A stretch of DNA of 64,000 nt, taken from Macrostomum lignano. Lineage: Eukaryota. The notes under the pieces were generated by a model. That model was given only the letters and a program-made list of their open reading frames with translations, searched no databases and was not told where the DNA came from. The stretch lies in NCBI GenBank assembly GCA_002269645.1, contig NIVC01002529.1:62001-126000 (forward strand). Reading direction: 5' to 3'. The position numbers and the translations under genes were made by a program. Below, piece after piece: positions 1-11,121 of the stretch (the first letter of the stretch is position 1; the number at the start of each line of letters is the position of its first letter).

Positions 1-329
1 TTGATGCCAGGACTTATTACTATACTCAACAACATTAAAAAGTTGCCACCTGTGAGAGTGCGCAGTAGATTCCAGCTCAGTATTGACTTTTGAGTGACGC
101 AACTTGCGCCACGCGACGCAGAGTTGGGCTGGGTGAGGAGGATTGGGAAGAGCGGAGGGTAAAGATTGGATGGATTGAAGCTGCCGCCCGGTTCTCATTG
201 TTTTTTCAAGCATGTTTTAATATCAAAATGGTTGACCAAGTGATAGACACTGGTCGAAAGACACTGCTCACTGGGGCAAAGGGTGGCGACTGTTCAATGT
301 TGCTGAGTATAATTACCTGTTTCTGCTCA

Positions 330-560
330 ACTGCACCATTGCAAATATTAGCTAACCTTAAACATCCATTTCTGACACATGGAGCTGGCACCAGACAGAT
401 GCTAAACGACTACCTGATCTGCCAACCATGAGTGATCCCATTGGGACGGACAGTTTGATATCAAATGTCAGCTGCTCGGGAAGTTAGTCAGCTGGAAATG
501 ATAAACATGTTTTAGATGACAACTCAAGGACGACTTAAGTATAACTACCTGCAGCTTTAT
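330..560 (-). repeat. Intron segment homologous (inverted, diverged) to 10515-10762
   Basis: Shared blocks after reverse complementing, e.g. TTAGCTAATATTTGCAAT, GAGCAGCTGACATT, TTAAGTCG.CCTTGAGTT. Confidence 0.75.
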
Positions 561-1098
561 AATTGACTCATTGTTTGTTTTGCCAACGTTTCAATCTGAA
601 TCAGCTGAATCAATCGTTTCTTGAACCGATACTCGTAAAGCAATTTGATAACAAAGCCTTTATGGCATTCGCATAGTTATATTTTCCAGAAATTTACAAG
701 CTACAAGATACTCTCTAGGATGTACTTTTGCAGAAATTCTATCTGCCAACAGGAGCCCCAGCAAGGCATACACTGCCCTATTTTGGTTATGAGCGCATTG
801 AAGAACTCACAAGAGGACTGATATGGTTTAGCTCAACTTAATAGAAGCATTATCCGACTAGCTAAAATTTCTGTCTGTTGATTTCAATGGTTAGCTGAGC
901 TGTCAGGAGCAGAAGTACAGAGCATTCAAGAGCAAGATATTGTATTTTCTTTCTTCATAGCTGTTCTTCAGCTTGCTCTTAACCTTGGCTGAGAATACGA
1001 GGTATTTCCTATTTGGTGAAAAATTGCCCCCCTGATAAGAGGCTGAGCAGCCCAGTTCAGAATGGAGACAAATGAGCTTTATTTAGTCAAAGCTAAAT

Positions 1099-1385
1099 GG
1101 GCAGATCAGCTCAGTGGTAAACGCATTTGACACGGTCTTTGGTTCGATTCCGTGCTCAAACACATTCACATTGCCTTGGGCTTGTGTGCTTGTGTGTGTG
1201 GTCAAGGTCAAGAAAGTCAGGGCTGCTGTACACCCTGTGTGAGCGTGTGTTTGAGTGCTCAGGAGTCAGCGGAATGTACAGAATTGCCGTCAGCTCTGGT
1301 TGTGGGACCGATGCCGCCGAAGTCGTAGCGCCAGGGATGCCCCACAGCCCCTCCTACAAATATGATTATGATTTTATTATTATCT
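1099..1385 (+). mobile_element. tRNA-derived SINE family B
   Basis: GGGCAGATCAGCTCAGTGG (A box) and GGTTCGATTCC (B box). Body (AGAAAGTCAG.GCTGCT.TACACCCTGTGTGAGCGTGTGT...GCCCACAGCCC) shared with 19520-19790. AT-rich tail. Confidence 0.65.
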
Positions 1386-1575
1386 AGAAATTACACATCG
1401 TCGCAGAGACAAACTTCACAAGCTTGAAAGTTACCAAAATTTTTTGTTTTTCGACGATGTCAAGTTTTGAGCTTATGAACTTTCGAGCTTGTGAAACGCC
1501 CTCACCCAGGTAGTACTCTATGAAGAGGCACGGCGCCTCAGCAGATGAACTGCGCCTCTGCCTTGGAAAGCCTTG

Positions 1576-1897
1576 CAACCACAGCACTGAGATCAGTGAG
1601 ACAACTGCAACCAGAGCACTGAGATCAGTGAGACAACTGCAACCAGAGCACTGAGATCAGTGAGACAACTGCAACCAGAGCACTGAGATCAGTGAGACAA
1701 CTGCAACCAGAGCACTGAGATCAGTGAGACAACTGCAACCAGAGCACTGAGATCAGTGAGACAACTGCAACCAGAGCACTGAGATCAGTGAGACAACTGC
1801 AACCAGAGCACTGAGATCAGTGAGACAACTGCAACCAGAGCACTGAGATCAGTGAGACAACTGCAACCAGAGCACTGAGATCAGTGAGACAACTGCA
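1576..1897 (+). repeat. 32-bp minisatellite, about 10 copies, internal palindrome CACTGA-GA-TCAGTG
   Basis: Unit CAACCAGAGCACTGAGATCAGTGAGACAACTG in direct tandem, no spacers. Confidence 0.95.
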
Positions 1898-1983
1898 GCA
1901 ATCCTATTAAAATCAATCGCTTCTCAACTAGCAGCAGCAATTAGTAAAGCTACTAGTTAGTTTTCTCATTTGTTCACACTCAC

Positions 1984-2424
1984 GTTGGCCTGCTCCCAGG
2001 TGAAGCTGGTCTTCTCCAGCTTGAACTTCGTGCCGAACAAGTCGAAGCCGAAGCCCGAGCCGCACAGAGCGCCCGGCTGCGCCGCGCCGGCCACGTTGCG
2101 GACGAAGACGTCGGCCGTCCGATTCGGACACGGCATCACCGACCGGACGCGCCGGCTGAACGCGCCAAAGTTGAATCGGCGACAGCGAGCCGGAGCAGTC
2201 AGGATGGCGAAGGCCATGCAGCTGGGCAACTTGGCGCACGCGAACGAGCAGGACTTCGGATCGCCTTTGCCTGACAGGTCGGGCATCGCAAAGCGAGGAT
2301 CGATGCAATCGAGCACCTGCGTGCTCACGCGGGTGAAGGTCGCCTTCTCCGAGCAGCCGGTCGATAAGTCGGCGGCAGCCCGGGAGATGCAGAGAAGCAG
2401 CTGGGCGAGAAGAGCGGCGCGCAT
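1984..2424 (-). CDS. Exon of secreted PAN/apple + C-type lectin protein, paralog A (second exon not found in window)
   Basis: ATG at 2424 gives MRAALLAQLLLCISRAAADLSTGC (signal-peptide-like), a Cys-spaced PAN-like region (CSFACAKLPSC...C) and the start of a CTLD (FTWEQAN), ending at a GTGAGT donor (1983). 441 nt, open frame. Homologous to 9937-10376. Confidence 0.75.
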
Positions 2425-2803
2425 GCTGGAGTGGCAGGCTGGAGCAGCGGCAGAGGCTTGGGCGGCAACCGGAGGCTGGCGAGGACCGGCGCATTTAAGC
2501 TGAAAACGCGGAATAGGAGGGGGAGAGAAGGGAGGGTAGGGCAGCGGAGAGTAAACTAGATTGGCTGCCCTCAGTTGAGCAACAAGCAGAGCAGTGCCAG
2601 CAGCCATTTCAACAAGTGGTTGCTATGGGTAACAAAAAACAAATTGCTGCGTCTGGTATCCCTCCCCGCGCCGGCTTGTCTCTAGCTATACATTTACAAT
2701 ATCTAACTGCCCATCTCAGCACCTCTGTTAATTGGCGTGCACTTAGAATAGCCCAGTGAGACTTCTTTCTCTTTAAACGGTTTTTGGTTTGACATATTGA
2801 GAT

Positions 2804-3112
2804 AGATAGTGACATACCATAGATAGTGACATACCATGGATAGTGACATACCATAGATAGTGACATACCATAGATAGTGACATACCATAGATAGTGACAT
2901 ACCATAGATAGTGACATACCATAGATAGTGACATACCATAGATAGTGACATACCATAGATAGTGACATACCATGGATAGTGACATAGACAATGACATACC
3001 CTGGATAGTGACATACTACAGATGGTGACATACTATATAGATAGTGACATACTACAGATGGTGACATACTATAGAAAGTGACATACCATAGCTGATAGGG
3101 ACATAAATACTG
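2804..3112 (+). repeat. 17-bp minisatellite
   Basis: Unit GATAGTGACATACCATA. Confidence 0.9.
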
Positions 3113-4006
3113 ACATACGAGATAGATAGATAGATAGTAGATAGCGAGAAAGAGCGAGCGAAGCGAGCTCTTTCGAGCTTGCTTGCCGCAGCCAATCAAG
3201 CTGAATGCACGCACACAAGATCACCGGAAACGATTAAGGTAGCTGGAAAGCCAATGGGCGCGGTAAGCGCTTTTATCCAGAGGAACTACCTGCTGGAACC
3301 AGCCATGCCGAACGAAAATCAGTCTACTCAAGTAGTGCAAAAGAGTAGCATGAGAACTTGGAGTAGCCACAGTACATCACTTTCAATAACTTTTACACAT
3401 CAAATCTAGTGAAGTGGAATCAATTACTTTTACTGTATTTAACTTCAATGTCGTTAACTTAAAAAAGTTCAATAATTTGGTTACTGTATGCAGGTCTAGT
3501 AAATGATTTTACATTCCAGAGTATCGCTCAAAGTCGCCTTGACTGCATACATAATTCATGCCTAATTAACGACGCCTGCGAAGCCAGCCACTCAAGCGGT
3601 GCGCCTTCATTCAGTGTCTGGGAGAGGAGACGATGAAGTCGTTGAGAGAGCCTGGAAGATTGCCTCTCCTGGGTGGGACCTACAGGTAAGAAATATTGCC
3701 CGTTGGCTGCTGACTAACGCTCCTTTCATTCGTTGATTTTTATAAAAAACCTACACACATCAATCCAACCGTGACTATTGATTTAGTTCACAGATACGAG
3801 AGAGCAATGTTATACTGTAAAAGCTGAATAGATTACCTGATCATGAAATAATTTACTCAGGCGCGTCGCCACGGGGGGGGACAGGGGGACATGCCCCCCT
3901 CCCAGTAAATGCTATGGGGGGACATGCCAATGCTTTGTCCCCCCACCCCACCTTATGACCCGTTGTGGTAATCAATCATGTTTCTTCAGGGCGCCAAAAA
4001 TATAGC

Positions 4007-5212
4007 GCCTTCGGCGCAAAATGAGTGCCTGCGGCGCCAAAAGGAATGCCTGAGGTGCCAAAATGAGTGCCTGCGGCGCCAAAATGAATGCCTGCGGCGC
4101 TAAAGGAATGCCTGAGGCGCCAAAATGAGTGCCTGCGGCGCCAAAAGGAATGCCTGAGGCGCCAAAATGAGTGCCTGCGGCGCCAAAATGAATGCCTGCG
4201 GCGCTAAAAGGAATGCCTGCGGCGCCAAAATGAATGCCTGCGGCGCCAAAATAAGTGCCTGCGGCGCCAAAAGGAATGCCTGAGGCGCCAAAATGAGTGC
4301 CTGCGGCGCCAAAATGAATGCCTGCGGCGCTAAAGGAATGCCTGAGGCGCCAAAATGAGTGCCTGCGGCGCCAAAAGGAATGCCTGAGGCGCAAATTGAG
4401 TGCCTGCGGCGTCAAAATGAATGCCTGCGGCGCCAAAATGAATGCCTGCGGCGCTAAAAGGAATGCCTGCGGCGCCAAAATGAATGCCTGCGGCGCCAAA
4501 ATAAGTGCCTGCGGCGCCAAAAGGAATGCCTGAGGCGCCAAAATGAGTGCCTGCGGCGCCAAAATGAATGCCTGCGGCGCTAAAGGAATGCCTGAGGCGC
4601 CAAAATGAGTGCCTGCGGCGCCAAAAGGAATGCCTGAGGCGCAAATTGAGTGCCTGCGGCGTCAAAATGAATGCCTGCGGCGCCAAAATAAGTGCCTGCG
4701 GCGCCAAAAGGAATGCCTGAGGCGCCAAAATGAGTGCCTGCGGCGCCAAAATGAATGCCTGCGGCGCTAAAGGAATGCCTGAGGCGCCAAAATGAGTGCC
4801 TGCGGCTCCAAAAGGAATGCCTGAGGCGCAAATTGAGTGCCTGCGGCGTCAAAATGAATGCCTGCGGCGCCAAAATGAATGCCTGCGGCGCTAAAAGGAA
4901 TGCCTGCGGCGCCAAAATGAATGCCTGCGGCGCCAAAATAAGTGCCTGCGGCGCCAAAAGGAATGCCTGAGGCGCCAAAATGAGTGCCTGCGGCGCCAAA
5001 ATGAATGCCTGCGGCGCTAAAGGAATGCCTGAGGCGCCAAAATGAGTGCCTGCGGCGCCAAAAGGAATGCATGAGGCGCAAATTGAGTGCCTGCGGCGTC
5101 AAAATGAATGCCTGCGGCGCCAAAATGAATGCCTGCGGCGCTAAAAGGAATGCCTGCGGCGCCAAAATGAATGCCTGCGGCGCCAAAATAAGTGCCTGCG
5201 GCGCCAAAATGA
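4007..5212 (+). repeat. About 21-bp satellite with higher-order structure
   Basis: Units GGCGCCAAAATGAGTGCCTGC / GGCGCCAAAAGGAATGCCTGA. Variant CAAATTG at 4392, 4642, 4829, 5079. Confidence 0.95.
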
Positions 5213-5724
5213 GCGCTGACAAACCGATTCTCAAAATAATGGACATGTAGGAATTTATTCATGTACATGTTGCGTTCTTTGCTTTGTTCCCCCACCATAA
5301 AATCCATGGCAACGCCTTTGAATTTACTCGTGACAATGCTGCGCTTTGCGAGAAGTATTCGAATAGAAATAAAAACCCTAGCACTAACTAGCACACTGAC
5401 TATTTTTGCGACATGTTTCGGCTCACGTTAGGCATTTTCCGGCTCATAAGTAATTAGAACCAGCAAACTAAGGAATGTGTCGATACATTTTAACCAAAAA
5501 GGGTCGATTTACGACGGTATATTGTACATTTAGAGAAACCAATCACACAGATCAAGAGGTTATAAATAGTGCGCGGCATATGAGAGGAGAGAAAGAAGAG
5601 ATGTAAGCACGAGTAGTGTGTGCCTATGACCTTTTAGTCGTGAGTCGGACGCTCTGACCACTAGGCTACAGCCCCTACAACCTATCCAATGCTATGCAAA
5701 CCTGTCTGACATCTGCAGCGCAAT

Positions 5725-6025
5725 ATGCGAAGCGGCCGGTTCCGCGCCAGTCCACTGCAGCTTGGCTTAGTCTGCCTCTACCTAGCGGGCGCCGCCGCCA
5801 CTGCCTCAGCGGCCGCCGTGGCCGCCGCCACCGCAGCCGCAGCCAGCTCCGTCACCCCTGCCGTCAAGGCGCCGGTTGTTCCGTCCCCGTCGCTCCCTGT
5901 CCGCAGCGGTGGCGACGGCGGCGGCGCGGACAAGCGATTCTTTCGCGTGATGAACTGCGCCGAACGATGCGAGAGCTTCAACATCAAGGTCTTCAAGGCC
6001 TATTGGGCGATTCACCATTCAAATA
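5725..6025 (+). pseudogene. Exon-1-only inverted duplicate of the 150-aa secreted precursor gene
   Basis: Near-identical to the reverse complement of 17682-17982, same GTAAGT donor at 6026. Homology stops at about 6798 and no exon-2 sequence (NFIQYLRD) is seen downstream on the + strand. Confidence 0.65.
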
Positions 6026-6115
6026 GTAAGTTATAGCTTGTATTGTCCTTTGTTCAGCATGTGTGAACTGTCTTTTTTTATGGTAGGCGTTGCTGAGACA
6101 ATGCCCTAAAAACAG

Positions 6116-6376
6116 GCTACTGGCATCAACCCTCAGTAGGTTACTAGCATCAACCCTCAGTAGGTTACTGGCATCAACCCTCAGTAGGTTACTAGCATCA
6201 ACCCTCAGTAGGTTACTAGCATCAACCCTCAGTAGGTTACTGGCATCAACCCTCAGTAGGTTACTGGCATCAACCCTCAGTAGGTTACTGGCATCAACCC
6301 TCAGTAGGTTACTGGCATCAACCCTCAGTAGGTTACTGGCATCAACCCTCAGTAGGTTACTGGCATCAATCCTCAC
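6116..6376 (+). repeat. 24-bp VNTR, about 10 copies
   Basis: Unit CTGGCATCAACCCTCAGTAGGTTA. Confidence 0.95.
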
Positions 6377-6547
6377 CGCAGTCAAAGTAAGCTGAGCTGA
6401 AGTTCACCCAATAACCACTAGCATAGCAGGAAAATGTGACATTTCAAATTGCATTAACAAGATGGGAAGTTTTCAGTTCCTGGCAGTCAATAGTCGACTT
6501 CTTACCTTCTGCCTTATCGATTGATTGTTTTTGACTGTTGAAAAAGC

Positions 6548-6798
6548 TGAGTTGTAGCCTAATAGTTAGAACAACCCACTCGGAACAATTTGTGTCCTTG
6601 AGCAAGACACTTAACTCTGCATTGCTTCAGCTCACCCAGCTGTAAAATGGGTGCCAGCATTAGCTGGGGTAATTGAGGGTGTGTGTGGCGACCCCCCAGT
6701 CCTTGGACTGAACAGCCGTACGCAGCCTTCAGATGCGCCGCGCAATAGCTGCGGCTGAGCTGTCGGTTGCACATCTGCCATTAGGGCAGGTGTAATCA
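6548..6798 (+). mobile_element. CORE-SINE family A, internally deleted head
   Basis: Same CORE and 3' body as 18032-18321, with the B-box region of the head missing. Confidence 0.75.
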
Positions 6799-7931
6799 GT
6801 AACGACTCAAATGACTGCAATGCAACGGAGAGGCGACTGTTGAGTCACGATTGTCACGTGAGTTGCAGAATTGTAAAAAGTTGTCCAAGAGGCATTGTGT
6901 TAGCGCTTAAGTTTCTACTTACGCAAGCAGACTAAATAGAGTTGTTATAAATGCGAACTGCGATTCTAATTCATAAAGTGATGCAACTCAACGATTCTAC
7001 AGCGACTCCAGCACGCCTCAGATGCGACTCTGCGGCCCCAGAGTCATTTTTGATTCACAGACAATAAAATACCAAGTATCCTTGGTTAGATTCCATTTGG
7101 CGAAAATTTGGCCGGGGGAGGCGTTCTCCCTCACGCCCCATGGACCAGCCCGCGAAGCATGGGCACTTGAATTGGAAGGATTTTTCAGAAATGAGCTGGA
7201 GGTTGGTAAGGAGTGTATATTGTGTAAGGTGTATAGAGTGTAAGGAAAATCGAGTGTAGTGCCCTTCCACATCCGTTGTGCATGTCCCAAGGCATAGTTT
7301 GTACATGTTTAATGATCAGAAAGTCGGAACCGCTGTACAACTAGTGTGAGCGTGTCCCTGCGTACGTACCCGTGCTTCGGGGTCAGTAGAATGGCTACGG
7401 TTCGACTGTCGCTTTGACTTGTTTCAGCGCTCAGAGCCCACTGCGAACTACGAGTAGCTAACAAACTAAGGTCAACAAGTGTCACTCCCATGTTTAGGCT
7501 TCTCCCATGCAAAGATAAGCTCATATCGGAACGAAAGTACAAAATTGAAACGACACAGGGCGCGCCTCAAGGCGTTGACGAAGCGCCTGGTTTGCGCCTG
7601 TTCTTTGTAGGTCGTCTGCAGTTTCAGCATCAACACCTCCTGTGCAAAAAAAATTGTCAACAAAAATTTCCTTGGATCGTCTCCAAGCTTTTAAACCTAA
7701 AAAACCAAGCTCTAGGTCGGTCAATAGGACTGTGTTTTGTCCAGACCCTCACGTCCTTCAGTCACTTCTCTGTTTATTAACTTCGCCAATTCTACTTTCT
7801 AATTGCTCGAACTGATAAGATTTGCTTCAAGCAACTCGAAGTGCAACTGCATTAGACTGATGGCAGCCATCTGCCATCGGCTGAATGCCCGCAGCCGCAG
7901 CTGTCTGTGGCCAGCACCAGCGGCACCCTGC

Positions 7932-9442
7932 CACTCACTCTGAGAAAACCCACTGTGGCTGCAGAGCAGCCATCAAAGAAACAGCACCCGTTTTTACACA
8001 GCCCATTACACCTTTTCACGTTCAATTTCGATCAAAGTCCAGTTCTAAAAAAACTAGCGGAAATTCAATTCAGACTGAGGATAATTTTGTCTATGGCTAA
8101 ACCTTACTTCGGTTAGAATGCTTTGAGTTGGGGTTAGACTGGGCCCAAGTCTAAATTGTCTGAATTGAATTTCCGCTAGTTTTTTAGAACTGGACTTTGA
8201 TCAAAATTGAACGTGAAAAGGTGTAGTGAATCTATGGCTGCTCTGCAGCCAGCAGATTTTCAGAGTGAATGCTGTGGCTTCTTGTGGGTACGCTCGTAGA
8301 TGCAGATGTCTATGGCTGCTCTGCAGCCAGCGGATTTTCAGAGTGAATGCTGTGGCTGCTTGTTGGTACGCTCGTAGATGCAGAGTCTATGGCTGCTCTG
8401 CAGCCAGCGGATTTTCAGAGTGAATGCTGTGGCTGCTTGTGGGTACGCTCGTAGATGCAGATGTCTATGGCTACTCTGCAGCCAGCGGATTTTCAGAGTG
8501 AATGCTGTGGCTGCTTGTGGGTACGCTCGTAGATGCAGATGTCTATGGCTGCTCTGCAGCCAGCGGATTTTCAGAGTGAATGCTGTGGCTGCTTGTGGGT
8601 ACGCTCGTAGATGCAGATGTCTATGGCTGCTCTGCAGCCAGCGGATTTTCAGAGTGAATGCTGTGGCTGCTTGTGGGTACGCTCGTAGATGCAGATGTCT
8701 ATGGCTGCTCTGCAGCCAGCGGATTTTCAGAGTGAATGCTGTGGCTGCTTGTGGGTACGCTCGTAGATGCAGATGTCTATGGCTGCTCTGCAGCCAGCGG
8801 ATTTTCAGAGTGAATGCTGTGGCTGCTTGTGGGTACGCTCGTAGATGCAGATGTCTATGGCTGCTCTGCAGCCAGCGGATTTTCAGAGTGAATGCTGTGG
8901 CTGCTTGTGGGTACGCTCGTAGATGCAGATGTCTATGGCTGCTCTGCAGCCAGCGGATTTTCAGAGTGAATGCTGTGGCTGCTTGTGGGTACGCTCGTAG
9001 ATGCAGATGTCTATGGCTGCTCTGTAGCCAGCGGATTTTCAGAGTGAATGCTGTGGCTGCTTGTGGGTACGCTCGTAGATGCAGATGTCTATGGCTGCTC
9101 TGCAGCCAGCGGATTTTCAGAGTGAATGCTGTGGCTGCTTGTGGGTACGCTCGTAGATGCAGATGTCTATGGCTGCTCTGCAGCCAGCGGATTTTCAGAG
9201 TGAATGCTGTGGCTGCTTGTGGGTACGCTCGTAGATGCAGATGTCTATGGCTGCTCTGCAGCCAGCGGATTTTCAGAGTGAATGCTGTGGCTGCTTGTGG
9301 GTACGCTCGTAGATGCAGATGTCTATGGCTGCTCTGCAGCCAGCGGATTTTCAGAGTGAATGCTGTGGCTGCTTGTGGGTACGCTCGTAGATGCAGATGT
9401 CTATGGCTGCTCTGCAGCCAACGGGTTTTCTCAGAGTGAGTG
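7932..9442. mobile_element. Foldback/inverted-repeat element with one arm expanded into a 78-bp satellite
   Basis: Inner arms 8004-8075 and 8158-8228 are near-perfect reverse complements. Outer left segment 7932-7973 is the reverse complement of the array's terminal segment ending at 9442. Confidence 0.55.
8232..9420 (+). repeat. 78-bp satellite, about 15 highly homogeneous copies
   Basis: Unit CTATGGCTGCTCTGCAGCCAGCGGATTTTCAGAGTGAATGCTGTGGCTGCTTGTGGGTACGCTCGTAGATGCAGATGT. Confidence 0.95.
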
Positions 9443-9936
9443 CACAGGCTTGAGGGGCAGAAGTGGTTTTAAAGCAGAGAGTATCGCTAATTTTACAGCT
9501 AATTGCAGTATAGTTTTACTATAATAAATGCACTTCTTTGAATACTTTCCCTGAATAACTCGCTCTCATCATAGTCACCGTCTCTACAACAGGATTTGAA
9601 GATTTGAAAATTAACCGCACTGATTCAGTGAAGTGTTTTAGCAGTACTCGAAGAGGGCCGAGGGTTACACGGGTTTCCCTCATGAGAAAAAAGAGTAAAA
9701 GACAATGGCGAGGCGACGGAGCTGATGCATCATACATTTTCTTTCCTTTCCATGGAAACAATTGTTCTTAAACTGCAAACCCTTCACGCTGCCTGACAGC
9801 CAATCCATCAACTGACTCCTGCCTTTCACTCCTCCTTCGTCTCTCCTTTTGAATTTTTCAGCTTAAATGCGCCGGTCCTCGCCAGCCTCCGGTTGCCGCC
9901 CAAGCCTCTGCCGCTGCCCCAGCCTGCCACTCCAGC

Positions 9937-11121
9937 ATGCGCGCCGCCCTTCTCGCCCAGCTGCTTCTCTGCATCTCCCGGGCTGCCGCCGACTTATCGA
10001 CCGGCTGCTCGGAGAAGGTGACCTTCACCGCGTGAGCACGCAGGTGCTCGACTGCATCGATCCTCGCTTTGCGATGCTCGACCTGTCAGGCGTCAGCGAT
10101 CCGAAGTCCTGCTCGTTCGCGTGCGCCAAGTTGCCCACCTGCATGGCCTTCGCCATCCTCACTGCTCCGGCTCGCTGTCGCAGATTCAACTTTGGCGCGT
10201 TCAGCCGGCGCGTCCGGTCGGTGACGCCGTGTCCGAATCGGACGGCCGACGTCTTCGTCCGCAACGTGGGCGGCGCGGTGCAGCCGGGCGCTCTGTGCGG
10301 CTCGGGCTTCGGCTTCGACTTGTTCGGCACGAAGTTCAAGCTGGAGAAGAGCAGCTTCACCTGGGAGCAGGCCAACGTGAGTGCTTTGTTTCTCAAGCTA
10401 CACACTGGATAGGCTGGCAGAGTGAAATATCATTATGTACTTTCATTAAAAGAGCGACTGTAACTTTAGGAGAAAATTCAATCATATCTCTAGACAAGGG
10501 TTAATGCCTTAACACTTGATTGTTAAAGTTGCAGGTAATTGTAATTAAGTCGCCCTTGAGTTATGTCAGCCCAAAAACATGATTGTTATTTCCTCCTGGC
10601 TAACTTCCGAGCAGCTGACATTCGATTTCAAACTGTATGTCTACAATGGTAGATCCGGTAGTGGTTCCGCATCTTGTTGGTGCCGGCTCTATGTTTCAGA
10701 AACAAGTGTTCAAGATTAGCTAATATTTGCAATAGTAAAGCTGAACTGTAGACTTGTAATTAGTAATAACTTTCCCATGCAGACCCATTGCGAGTCGCTC
10801 GGAGGCCTGTCCCGCCTGGCTGAGCTGGTGGACCGCCAGGACATGGACCACGCTGCCATCATGGGCGGCTATCCGTGGTCCGATCACGCCTGGCTGAACG
10901 CCTTCCAGCCGCCTGGCAGCGTGGAGCCGGACCAGGGCTGGCTGTGGCTGGGCTCCGGCCTGTCCGTGAACATGAGCAGCTCGCTGTGGGACTCGGACGA
11001 TCCCGACAACGACGTGAACCAGAATCGCATGGTGCTGGAGAAGTCAGGCGTTGTGTTCAACGACAAAGCCGAATCGGAGAATAACTACGCGCTCTGCCAG
11101 TGCGTCAGCCCGTTCGACTGA
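9937..11121 (+). pseudogene. PAN/apple + C-type lectin paralog B, two exons, frameshifted in exon 1
   Basis: Exon 9937-10376 (440 nt, versus 441 in paralog A; ttcaccgcgtg versus ttcacccgcgtg near 10027). Phase-0 intron 10377-10782. Exon 10783-11121 encodes THCESLGGLSRLAEL...W.W...WDSDDPDND...FND...LCQC*, a CTLD. Could be a pseudogene or a sequencing indel. Confidence 0.7.

Larger units (their letters stand above)
5628..6798 (+). repeat. Recent inverted segmental duplicate of about 16541-18079
   Basis: Colinear reverse-complement match across SINE head remnant, exon 1, intron, 24-bp VNTR and intronic SINE, with few substitutions. Confidence 0.9.

Noticed and set aside
1576-1897. CRISPR-like 32-bp palindromic repeat
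   Set aside because: Units are directly adjacent with no unique spacers, there are no cas genes, and the context is a eukaryotic intron.
3858-3960. CAGGCGCGTCGCCACGGGGGGGG as the left TIR of a DNA transposon enclosing the 21-bp satellite
   Set aside because: No matching inverted end was found after the array.
8378-9439. 353-aa Cys-rich ORF
   Set aside because: It is the translation of a 78-bp satellite (26-aa period), with no unique N- or C-terminal coding context.
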